Assembly (NCBI GenBank): GCA_904063045.1
Contig: CAJFCJ010000091.1
Coordinates: 96,883-141,657, forward strand
Direction of reading: 5' to 3'
Source of the DNA: Dimorphilus gyrociliatus
Lineage: Eukaryota; Animalia; Annelida
DNA length: 44,775 nt
Shown here: in pieces, positions 22,401 through 31,924 of the stretch
Numbering within the stretch: the stretch's first letter is position 1
How the letters are laid out: each line of letters starts with the position of its first letter
Position numbers and translations under genes: made by a program
The notes under the pieces: model-generated
Seen by the model: the letters and a program-made list of their open reading frames with translations, nothing else
Databases searched by the model: none
What the model was told of the DNA's origin: nothing

Positions 22401-23899
22401 CAATCATGTTAAATTTTTAAGGCTGTGAAGGATTTAGCTGAAAATTGTGCTCCTAAGAAAATAGTCTTAGACTATGAAAAGGCTGTTTGGAAAACTTTAC
22501 AAAATATATGGCCTGATGCTGTCTTGACTGGATGTTCATTTCACTGGTCTCAGGCAATATTTAGAAAAATTCAGGTTTATTAATTTCTAAAATTTTTAAC
22601 AATCCAATTAATATTTTTTTTGTTTAAGGAACTTGGTTATAGCAGGGAATTTAGAAAAAAAGAGGGAGCTTGGGAATCCATGAGAATGATTATGTCTTTG
22701 CCATATTTGCCTCATGGCATGATTGAAAATCAATTCACTAAAATTCAAAATCAACTGACAAAAGAAAATAAACTGTCTGATTTGTTGGACTATGTGTCTA
22801 ATAGTTGGATAAAAAATACATTTTGGTCTCCAGAGACTTGGTCTGTTTTTGATCAAAGCATAAGGACAAATAATGATCTGGAAGGTTATCATCAAAGGCT
22901 CAATAAAATTGTTGGAGAAAATGTTTCTTTTTATTTAGTGATTGATGAGTTAAAGAGGGAAGCAGACATGATAAATCTGTACAAAAAGCTTTTAAGTGAG
23001 AGAAAGATAATTAGACTTCAAAGGAAGACTTATAGCCAAATTCAAAAAGATCTTTTCTTAATTTGGGAAAATTTTAAAACAGGTGAAATTAATGCAAACC
23101 AGCTTCTGCAGCTTTGCTCAGAATTATATTATTGAAAATAGTTGACAATACCTTGATATCAAAAAACTTTACTTGAAAACACTGGTCATTTAATTGTAAA
23201 ACTTGAAAAAAGTTTGTCTTTCTTTTAAAGTTGTTTACAAATAATCAATACACAATTTATATGGTAAACCTAAAGTTGTATATATAAAAAGTTTTCTATT
23301 AACTTGTTTTTCAATATAGATTTACATTTAAATGAAATTTATTTTTATTCATGTTTTCTTTTAGTTCATGGATATTTACTTTTAGTTTATAGACATTTTC
23401 TTTCACTGTATGGACGTTTTCTTTCACTTTATGGACGTTTTCTTTCACTCCATAAGGAAATATAATTCCTAAAAAATTAAGCTAATAGGAAGAGTTAAGT
23501 GATTTTTTTTGTGAATATTTCATTTATTAATTATATGTTTAACATATTCTTTTACCAAAGGTTTACTTTTTCAACATATATTTATATTTAAATGAAATTT
23601 ATTTTAATGGACATTTTCTTTCAGTTCATGGACGTTTTCTTTCAGTTTATGGACGTTTTCTTTCAGTTTATGGACGTTTTCTTTCATGGACGTTTTCTGT
23701 CGACCCCATATTAATCAGTACTTTTAATAAAATCTTATAGAGTTAGGAAATGAAAGAAGCATAAAAAAATAACTGTCATACATGCAAGAAGATCCACCTG
23801 CAGAACCTTGAATTTGTATTTCTACAGATGTCCCTTCTTCAAATGGCTCATTTCCAATTACTGTCAATCCTGTTCCTGGAGCTGTTATATCTCCAATAT
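19413..23899 (-). CDS. Calx-beta domain + inter-alpha-trypsin-inhibitor heavy-chain C-terminal-like protein, last two exons (23782-23899 and 19413-20265); 5' exons not identified
   Basis: Splice TGC AT|gtatga...ttcaag|A TTT keeps frame. DNLVEGEETL is Calx-beta-like. GDPHF, VCF, GGVLG and CW motifs match ITI_HC_C. The intron holds a complete MULE. Confidence 0.75.
20471..23707 (+). mobile_element. Complete Mutator-like (MULE) DNA transposon with modular TIRs and 9-bp TSD ATATTAATC
   Basis: TSD at 20462-20470 and 23708-23716. Ends GGATGCGACAGAAAACGTCCATG / CATGGACGTTTTCTGTCGACCCC; TIRs built from GAAAACGTCCAT units. Confidence 0.95.
21012..23135 (+). CDS. MULE transposase: C4HC3 finger, FLYWCH, DDE domain; four exons, one -1 frameshift in an A7 run at 22332-22338
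   Basis: Introns 21112-21162, 22364-22421 and about 22575-22628. Motifs VWTCSVR..C..H.H, YLDGTF, LDYE, CSFH, TNNDLEGYH. Confidence 0.9.
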
Positions 23900-23952
23900 C
23901 TGAATGAATAAGGTCTTTAGAAAGTTGTATTATATTGGGAAAATGAAATTAA

Positions 23953-24197
23953 ACAGGTCATGAAATTAAAAAATAAACCTGTTGAGATAAACTTCTACAC
24001 TGAACAAGTTTTGGATGACACGCTAATGAAAATTGTAGAAAAATTGGAAGGAGCAAATATTGATGTTGAAATGTTCAAGGAATACAAAAATTTTATTGAA
24101 CATATGTTTGTCAAAGATGATTTAGTATGGTATCTGAATGGTTGTCAACCATTACTGGTAATTCCACTACTGACTTTAACAAACCTACTGAACCAAA
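23953..24197 (+). mobile_element. Isolated 245-bp copy of element 3 pol (30561-30805)
   Basis: Identical by eye at a constant offset of 6608; no LTR or TSD. Confidence 0.92.
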
Positions 24198-24296
24198 AAT
24201 GAAAAGTACTTAAATAAAAAACAAAAATGCTAAAAAAAAACAAATTCATTATTGCTTTGCTCTGATCATTTGAATTCTAATCTAAAAAAAGAAAAT

Positions 24297-25345
24297 GGAT
24301 TTATATACAATATTTTTCAGGCCAATTGCAGGCAAACATGTTTTAAATAGCAATATACAAATATTCTTTTATTATTGTATTATGATTGTAAGCATTTCAT
24401 TCTGAACCAAAGTAAAATTGTATTTTTGTAATTGTCATTGTCATTTAACAATATCACAAAGAACTGTACTGCTCTTGCTTGGCCAATTTATGTGTTTGCA
24501 GAATTAGGTCTTCAATTCTATGTTGATAATTGAAGAAAGATTTAGCTTGATACTGGGGCAAACTGAACCCAAAAATACATCTAAATGATTAGTGTCATCA
24601 TCACTTTGAAAAATGATCTGTCTCATGAATATTGATATTCAAAAGTTTTATTTTCCTCTTATATAGAAGAAGGCTTTTATTATAGCCTCTCAAAAGGCTA
24701 CAGTTGCTACTGTGCTGCCAAGTTCTATTAGAGGAAATTTTTCATTTTTATTGTGCACTTCAGTTCGATATGAATGTACTTTTAGAAAATAGTAGACTTA
24801 ACTCAATACTATATAATAAGAATACTAAGCTAGCCAAAGAGTATAAAAAGATCAAACTCAACTATTGTTGACATTTGGACCAGTTCCAACTTCTCACATT
24901 CAATGGCTGAATTGAATGTTACCAAAATTGTTATGTCTTACAAAAGAAGCTGACTATCTAATTTTATCTGACCTAATTACTCAGGATGAATGGAACCAAT
25001 TAAAGGCAGGACCATTTTTAGAACTTTCAATTGTGTTAAAATGTTACTTTGCATTGTTGAAACATGGAAATTGTGAACTGTTAAACTCTTAACCACTTGC
25101 TTAGAGAAAAAAGCTCAGAGTATTCAATACATATCTTCTTTGGAAAATACTGGCTTTCTGTTGAAAGTTTGATATAAAACTTTGTTTGAATATTATTTAG
25201 GATTTATATACAATATTTTTCAGGCCAATTGCAGACACATGTATTTTAAATAGCAATATACAAATATTCTTTTATATTTTAGTATTGTGATTGTAAGCAT
25301 GTCATCCTCAACCAAAGTAAAATTGCATTTTTGTAACTGTCATTG
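24297..25345. repeat. Diverged pair of direct repeats, about 145 bp (24297-24440 and 25200-25345)
   Basis: Both contain GGATTTATATACAATATTTTT..CAGGCCAATTGCAG and AACCAAAGTAAAATTG. Confidence 0.75.
24465..24510 (-). mobile_element. U5 end of an LTR related to element 1
   Basis: TGTACTGCTCTTGCT is identical to 4632-4646, with about 80% identity over 42 nt by eye; no PBS follows. Confidence 0.65.
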
Positions 25346-25499
25346 TACTTTGTTGTATCTTGATCATAGGAATTTCGTAAAATGTAACAATTTTGGTAAC
25401 ATTCAATTCAACCATTGAAAGTGAGAAATTGAAACTGGTCGAAATGTCAACAATAGTTGAGTTTGACCTTTTGATACTCTTTTGCTGGCGGCTAAATAA

Positions 25500-25885
25500 A
25501 TGTTCTTAAAATGTAATTAAACAATGTTCACCAATAGACTCTACAGAAGTGGTTTGTGACTTAAGAGTGATAAAAAAGGACAACAAATGTTCTCAATTTT
25601 TACTCATCACCATGAACAACATGCTTTTCCAAGTGGAACCAGTTACTCATGTTTTACAGCAAGTCAGCCTGGAAGAAATTACCTATAATGAGTGTAAGTC
25701 AAACAAGTTGTTCTACAAAACAACTCACAACCCATTAAATCCTATAAGAAATCAACCAATGAAAGACAAAACCTATGTGTATTATTTAGAAAGAGGATGC
25801 GGATTTCACACTGTGTCTGCAAAATCCATGCACTTAAATATCCACAATCACCTTTCTGAACCAAAGAATTTTGATCAGTTTTCCT
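25500..25885 (+). pseudogene. env: Remnant of a second, diverged env ectodomain
   Basis: VCDLRVIKKDNKCSQ...YNEC...RNQ...TYVYY...GCGFHT.SA.S....I.N..SEPK aligns with element 2 env ICDVGIITKNGLCSKQ...YGEC...RNQ...TFIYY...GCKFQT.AA.S....ISN..EEPK. Confidence 0.8.
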
Positions 25886-25901
25886 GCTCCCCATGAGTGG
25901 G

Positions 25902-26854
25902 TGTACACATTTAGGCAGTTTGTAGGTACTAAACACATAAGCTCGTAACCAGGCTCACAAACTCACACAATACACCCAAATTGTTACATTTCATTCATCA
26001 ATGGAAAGCAATATTGAAAGAGTATTATAGAGTACTTTACACACCTAAAACTACAACATACACTATTTAAACTAAGTTGTAAAAGTATTTTACAACTTAG
26101 ATGTTAACCCTAATTATTATACACATCATATTTAATGAATATTAATTATATCTTCCACTATTCTATTTATATTTGGAGCTTTTAGATTATTGTCACTTTT
26201 CAACAGTATTGTATGCACAATACTATATTGAATGATTAAGTTTAATACTTTTATCCTACCAGTCCTTTACACAGAAACATATTATCTTACACAAACAATT
26301 ATTATTAATAATTTGTTGTATATTAAAACGGCATCAAGTTGACCTTTTCCTATTTTTGTGTTTTGGAATCAATCCAACTTCTATTAATAATTGTTACATC
26401 TTAGGCAACTTTCTGACCTACTAAAATAGGGAGCAAAAGTTCTCCAAGATAAAGAAAAAGTAACAAACATGGAAGTATATTTGAACTTTCCCTTTATCCA
26501 AATTGTTACATTTGTTTGTGTGAATATTTTTATCCGTGAACTGTGAACTATTGGAAAAGTATATAAACCCTACGAATTTAACAGTAGTCAGTTCAGTTTT
26601 CTAACCATCAGCTGGTTCTTCAAACTTGCTTGTTTAGAACTAGAAACTCATTTACTCAAATACATATTCTTTGAATGAAATACTGGTGTTTGTTGGTTAA
26701 TTTTTACTGGAATTACATTTATTAAGACTACTTGTGGACGAACTTGAAAGGTTCTATTTGGACCAGTACTTTGGCAAATTGGTAAATGATTGGAGAGGAC
26801 AAATTTGATAGTGACGAGCTAGGACTTCCTACAATTACAATACAACAAAGTACA
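25902..26854 (+). repeat. 5' LTR of element 3
   Basis: TGTACAC...AAAGTACA; direct repeat of 31925-32877. Confidence 0.97.
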
Positions 26855-26857
26855 AAT

Positions 26858-29800
26858 ATGGCGCAGTCAACAGCCCACAACACTTCTACAATGAATGATA
26901 TTTTGGTTTTTGAAAATGACAAGACCAGAGGCAAAGAAATAGATGAGTATCTTACTAAAATAAATGAATTAATGTTGAGAATTAAAAGTAGTGGAGCCAA
27001 GGTTGATGGTAATAGTTTTTTGAAATACCATTTGATGACTGGGGCAGCTATAATTCCTGAAGGTATGGAGAACCCTTATCCTACTCAACCAAAATTCAAT
27101 AATGATGGCATTCAAGATAATGCTTTGGAAAAGACAATTGCAAGTCTTCTAATTGATGCTAATGAGAAACCTAATACTACTTTGCTAAGACCTTTTTCTG
27201 GTAGCAAAGATACTTGGGCCTTTAAGAGGAACTTTCAAACTGCTTGTGAATTAAACCTTTGGGATACAGAGGAAAAGAGAATTCGAATGTTGAGAAAATA
27301 CACTACTGGAAGAGCCAGAGATGTAATTGAAAGCTTACCCTCCAGGGCAACTGAAAATGAAATTTGGGATGCATTGGATGAAGAATTTAATCCAGATCCT
27401 ATGGCTTATAAAAAAGATATTGATAGATTGAGACAGTTCAATGATGAAACTGTTCAAAGTTTTGTTAGAAGAAGTAAAGAACTTGTAGAGAAATTCCTAC
27501 CATTCAAACCTACTGAGATGGTATGTGTTACTGAGAGAGTTAGAGAACTGCAACTCCTTAGTATATTCAGGAATGGTCTAAAAGGAAAAATTGTGAACCA
27601 TGTGGAAAAAGATGGAAAAATTAGCTCAGTAATCCAATATATTAAATTGGCAAAAAGAGCAGAAATTTACTTTAATAATGCAAGGAGAGAAGATGAAAAT
27701 GAATTCAAGCAATTCAAAAAAAGATTTGATAACAATAATAGTTATGCGAATGATAATGACCATAAATTTACACCTTTTTCTCAAAATAGGACCCATCAAT
27801 ACCAAAGATCTGGAAATGAGAGAGGTACCTTCAACAGATTAATTCATGCTGAACCTGATCAACCTAATGAAAGAGAAACTTCCAAGGGTACAATGGCAAT
27901 ATTTAATCTTAAAGAGGAGAAAGTTGCACATTTCAAGTGCACATCTCAAATAAAAGGAAGAGATGATTTCCAATTTCGTTTAAAGAATCATAATGGAAGA
28001 GAAGTGATTGCATTATGTGACACAGGAGCACTCATGTCATTTATCACTGAAAAAGAAATTAAATTATTGGACCAAAAATGGGTAAAGAAAGAAACCACTT
28101 CATTACCAATAATAACTTCAGCTGATGGAAATGCTTTGAAAACTAAAGGTAAAGCAAAACTTAACATACAATTTGCTGGAAGAATAATGGAACAAGAATT
28201 CTTTATAATGGAAAAATTGGATATGGCAATAATTTTGGGATGTGACTTCTTAAGAAAGTCTGGAGCAATAATCAACTTTGCAATTAAACAAGTTTCACTC
28301 CCATTCTTTATAAGAAAAGGAGAACCTGTTAAAACTTTTCTACAAAAAAGACAAAAGGATCAAACACACAAAAGAAACCAAGGGAAACCTAACAAACTAA
28401 CTGTAGGAATGATTGGACAATATGCTCATGAACATGATGACCCATCTGAAGTGTCAGATAGTGTGGATTCAGATATGGATATTACTGAGCCAGATACTGG
28501 ATATGATACAAGTAATACTTATGGCTCAAATGAAACTTTGAGTTCTTCTGAAAATTATGATACAGAGATGAGTAATGAACCAGAGCATAACTCAGACTCA
28601 GATTTGGATATTGTTAATGGTATAAAGTCATCTGAAGAAGAAAATGGCAACATAACAGATTCAGACAATGACTCAGTTATTATCATTAACTCATCTGCTG
28701 AAGAAACTGAAACTGAATCTGAAGAATTAATTACAGAAATGGAAATGAAAACACAATACATAGAATTAAAGGATGGAATGACTATCAAAGTTGAAAAAGA
28801 ACAAATGAAAACTCCAGCAACTCCTGAGATAGAAGAATTACTGCTGGAAAGTGTTGAGTTTGAACATATGTCTAATCAAAATATACACCACATTAATTCA
28901 ACTACAGTAGAAATTGACAACTATTTACATGTGTCCAAAAATAATCCTGACAAAATCAGGGAAGAATTGAAAGAAATCATCAAGAATTATGAAGACATTA
29001 TTGCTACAAATCAAAATGACATTGGCTCACCAGATGTTCCACCAATGGCAATTGAATTATTGGAAGATGTGAAACCTTTTAAACAAAGACCATACAGATT
29101 ACCACCCAACAAACAACAGGAATGTAGGGAACAACTTAATGGATTATTAGCAAATGGTTTGATTAGAGCAAGCAAAAGCCAATGGGCTTCACCAATTGTT
29201 TTTGTGAAAAAGAAAGAAGGAACATTAAGAATGTGTGTAGATTACAGAAAACTTAACAAGCATTCAAAAAAGAATTGTTATCCAATCCCACACCAAGAAG
29301 ATTTATTTGACAAACTTGGAGGAGGACATAAATACTTTTCCATCTTGGATTTGACAAGTGCATTTCACCACATCCCTATCAAGGAAGAAGACAAAGAAAA
29401 AACTGCTTTCATAACACCATTTGGTCTATTTGAATTTAATCGAATGCCTTTTGGTTTAGCAAATGCACCCTCACACTTCAGCTATATTATGGCAAATTTT
29501 GTCATAAATGGATTGGAAAATTTCTGTATTAACTATATGGATGATATTATTGTTTTTACCAAAACATTGGAGGAACACTACACAAGTCTACAGAAACTGA
29601 TGGAAAGAATCAAAGAAAAGGACTTCAGAATCAAGTTAAGCAAATGTGCATTTCTACAAGAATCAGTACAATTTCTTGGTCATAGAATTACACAGAATGG
29701 TATTGAAACTGATCCAGAAAAGATTCAAAAGATAAAAGATGCTGAATTACCAATGTTTGCAAATACTTTACTAAGTTTTGTTGCATTTTGTGGTTATTAT

Positions 29801-30571
29801 AGACGATTTATCAAGGACTTTGCAAAAATTACAAAACCATTGAGAGAATTATTAAAACTACATCAGAAGACTGAAAGACTAAAATGGACTACAGAAGCAG
29901 AGAAAGCGTATCAGACACTAAAGAAATCAATGACAGAACCACCAATACTTCAACTACCTGATTTTAGTAAACCATTCTATCTAACAACAGATGCCTCCAA
30001 TTATGCAGTTGGTGCAGTTTTAGAACAAGAATGGGAAGAAGATGGAAAGAAAATAAGAAAGCCAATTTCTTTTGCTTCAAAACTCCTAATCAATACACAA
30101 CTAAGGTATGCAGCTTATCAAAAAGAAGCTTTTGCAGTCTATTGGGCAGTACAAAAATTCTCCCATTACTTGCAGTATAAGAAATTTTTTCTTTACACTG
30201 ATCACCAAAATTTGGTACAAACATTTGTACAAAACAAATTAAATTCAAGTACTGTTAAATGGGTTATGGCACTTATGGATATGGACTTTGAAATAATTTA
30301 CATACCTGGAAGAACCAACAGAGCAGACTGGATATCCAGAATTGGAGAAACTGATGAAGTTATTGATTTCCGAAATTTACTAAAGGAAAGACTAAATGAA
30401 GAAAAACAAAATGGCAATACAATTCCACAATTAGCAGAAAGAAAGGATATGCTTAAATGCTTTTATATTGATACAGAAGATTTAGAAGACTTAGCTGATT
30501 TTTTGGATGACATTTTAGACAATAATGATGGTTATGATGAAGAAGCAGATGACAAAAATTACAGGTCATGA
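26858..30571 (+). CDS. gag-pol: Gag-PR-RT-RNase H polyprotein of element 3
   Basis: LCDTGA, YMDD, TDASNYAVGAVL, TDHQ. Single ORF, no CCHC knuckle, long acidic PR-RT spacer. Confidence 0.95.
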   Translation: MAQSTAHNTSTMNDILVFENDKTRGKEIDEYLTKINELMLRIKSSGAKVDGNSFLKYHLMTGAAIIPEGMENPYPTQPKFNNDGIQDNALEKTIASLLIDANEKPNTTLLRPFSGSKDTWAFKRNFQTACELNLWDTEEKRIRMLRKYTTGRARDVIESLPSRATENEIWDALDEEFNPDPMAYKKDIDRLRQFNDETVQSFVRRSKELVEKFLPFKPTEMVCVTERVRELQLLSIFRNGLKGKIVNHVEKDGKISSVIQYIKLAKRAEIYFNNARREDENEFKQFKKRFDNNNSYANDNDHKFTPFSQNRTHQYQRSGNERGTFNRLIHAEPDQPNERETSKGTMAIFNLKEEKVAHFKCTSQIKGRDDFQFRLKNHNGREVIALCDTGALMSFITEKEIKLLDQKWVKKETTSLPIITSADGNALKTKGKAKLNIQFAGRIMEQEFFIMEKLDMAIILGCDFLRKSGAIINFAIKQVSLPFFIRKGEPVKTFLQKRQKDQTHKRNQGKPNKLTVGMIGQYAHEHDDPSEVSDSVDSDMDITEPDTGYDTSNTYGSNETLSSSENYDTEMSNEPEHNSDSDLDIVNGIKSSEEENGNITDSDNDSVIIINSSAEETETESEELITEMEMKTQYIELKDGMTIKVEKEQMKTPATPEIEELLLESVEFEHMSNQNIHHINSTTVEIDNYLHVSKNNPDKIREELKEIIKNYEDIIATNQNDIGSPDVPPMAIELLEDVKPFKQRPYRLPPNKQQECREQLNGLLANGLIRASKSQWASPIVFVKKKEGTLRMCVDYRKLNKHSKKNCYPIPHQEDLFDKLGGGHKYFSILDLTSAFHHIPIKEEDKEKTAFITPFGLFEFNRMPFGLANAPSHFSYIMANFVINGLENFCINYMDDIIVFTKTLEEHYTSLQKLMERIKEKDFRIKLSKCAFLQESVQFLGHRITQNGIETDPEKIQKIKDAELPMFANTLLSFVAFCGYYRRFIKDFAKITKPLRELLKLHQKTERLKWTTEAEKAYQTLKKSMTEPPILQLPDFSKPFYLTTDASNYAVGAVLEQEWEEDGKKIRKPISFASKLLINTQLRYAAYQKEAFAVYWAVQKFSHYLQYKKFFLYTDHQNLVQTFVQNKLNSSTVKWVMALMDMDFEIIYIPGRTNRADWISRIGETDEVIDFRNLLKERLNEEKQNGNTIPQLAERKDMLKCFYIDTEDLEDLADFLDDILDNNDGYDEEADDKNYRS
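26859..26873 (+). promoter_or_regulatory. tRNA-Ser primer-binding site of element 3
   Basis: TGGCGCAGTCAACAG, 4 nt after the LTR; 14 of 15 nt match the element 1 PBS. Confidence 0.85.
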
Positions 30572-31910
30572 AATTAAAAAATAAACCTGTTGAGATAAAC
30601 TTCTACACTGAACAAGTTTTGGATGACACGCTAATGAAAATTGTAGAAAAATTGGAAGGAGCAAATATTGATGTTGAAATGTTCAAGGAATACAAAAATT
30701 TTATTGAACATATGTTTGTCAAAGATGATTTAGTATGGTATCTGAATGGTTGTCAACCATTACTGGTAATTCCACTACTGACTTTAACAAACCTACTGAA
30801 CCAAATACATCAACATCAAATATTTGAACACTATGGTGTAGACATAACAATTCATACTTTGGAACAAGCTTTCTGGCATCCACAACTTAAGAAAACAATT
30901 AAAGACCATATAAAGAATTGCAAATTCTGTGAACAATTAAGAGCACCTGGAAACAAACATCTATTGGTTGAAACACCCCATCCAACTCTACCAATGCAAA
31001 GAATTGCAATGGACATAATGGGACCACTAACAGGACATGAATCTTACAAATACATACTTGTCATTATAGATTACATGTCAAGATTTACAAATCTATTTCC
31101 ATTAAAAACTCAGACAGCTGAAGAAATATCAAAACACTTGTTTTTTAACTACTTTCCAAAATTTGGTATTCCAGAAGAAATTCTCACAGACCAAGGACGG
31201 AATTTTCTGGGGGAAATATTTACAGAGATGGTTACATCAATGGGAATAAGGAAAATAAAAACAACAGCATTCCATAGCCAAAGTAATGGAATGGTAGAAA
31301 GAAAGAATTTGGAAATTCGCAGAGCACTACATAAACATGTAGTTATGGAACAATTAACAGATTGGACAAGACAATTACCAATAATTCAAACATGCTTAAA
31401 CCAAATTCCAGTGGGAAGCACAGGCAAAACTCCACATGAAATATTATTTGGATTGAAGAATAGGAATGTCTTAGATTTGTTAATGGAAGTTCCAAGATTA
31501 GAACCAACAACAAAATTTCTATTTGATAGAAAGCATGAAATGGAAGAAATAAGAGCAACTGCATTGTGCAAATCTGTCATGAAAAAGAAGGCATATAGAG
31601 ATAGAGTAAACAAAACTGAACATATATTCTCATCATGGGCCAGACACCTTACAAAACACTCATCAACATACTTCTTCCAATAACAATAATCATTGGAATT
31701 GGGATTCTGATTTGGTTTCTTTGGAAGAAAGACTGGAAAAGAGTACACTTCACCAAGCTAGCTAAGCTTTTAGCTAGAAAAGAAAAGTTACCTACAGCCC
31801 CAACAGCTGAACCAGAAGAAATACCACTACAAACTTATCCAACATTCAAAAAGGATGGTGACACACTGATTGTTTCAAGCCCAAGACCTTTCGTGGAAGC
31901 AAGGTCTTAA
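30568..31910 (+). CDS. pol: Integrase (HHCC and DDE, no GPY module) joined at 31617/31618 to env TM anchor and tail; apparent 1-nt deletions in A-runs at 30554-30558 and 31653-31656
   Basis: HQH..HYG..CKFC, MDIMGP, TDQGRNF, NGMVER. Then EHIFSSW matches element 2 env QHLFSSW, followed by TM and PTAP...EARS (ORF 31635-31910). Confidence 0.88.
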
Positions 31911-31920
31911 AGGAGTGGGA
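31909..31920 (+). promoter_or_regulatory. Polypurine tract of element 3
   Basis: AAAGGAGTGGGA, 4 nt before the 3' LTR. Confidence 0.85.
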
Positions 31921-31924
31921 TGTT

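Noticed and set aside
25883-25901. Target site resembling the PPT (GAGTGGG) and the MULE 2 TIR (CCTGCTCCCC)
   Set aside because: Matches are only 7-10 nt at a single site, insufficient to claim targeting.
30568-30571. ATGA stop-start overlap as programmed coupling or frameshift for integrase
   Set aside because: No canonical slippery heptamer; one extra A at 30554-30558 fuses the frames, and element 1 reads straight from RNase H into IN. Not fully excluded without reads.
5580-31748. Short antisense ORFs over pol, env, MULE and RING-LRR (e.g. 5580-6441, 13600-13800, 21197-22156, 27988-28788, 31343-31748)
   Set aside because: Shadow ORFs opposite real coding frames, with no recognisable domains.
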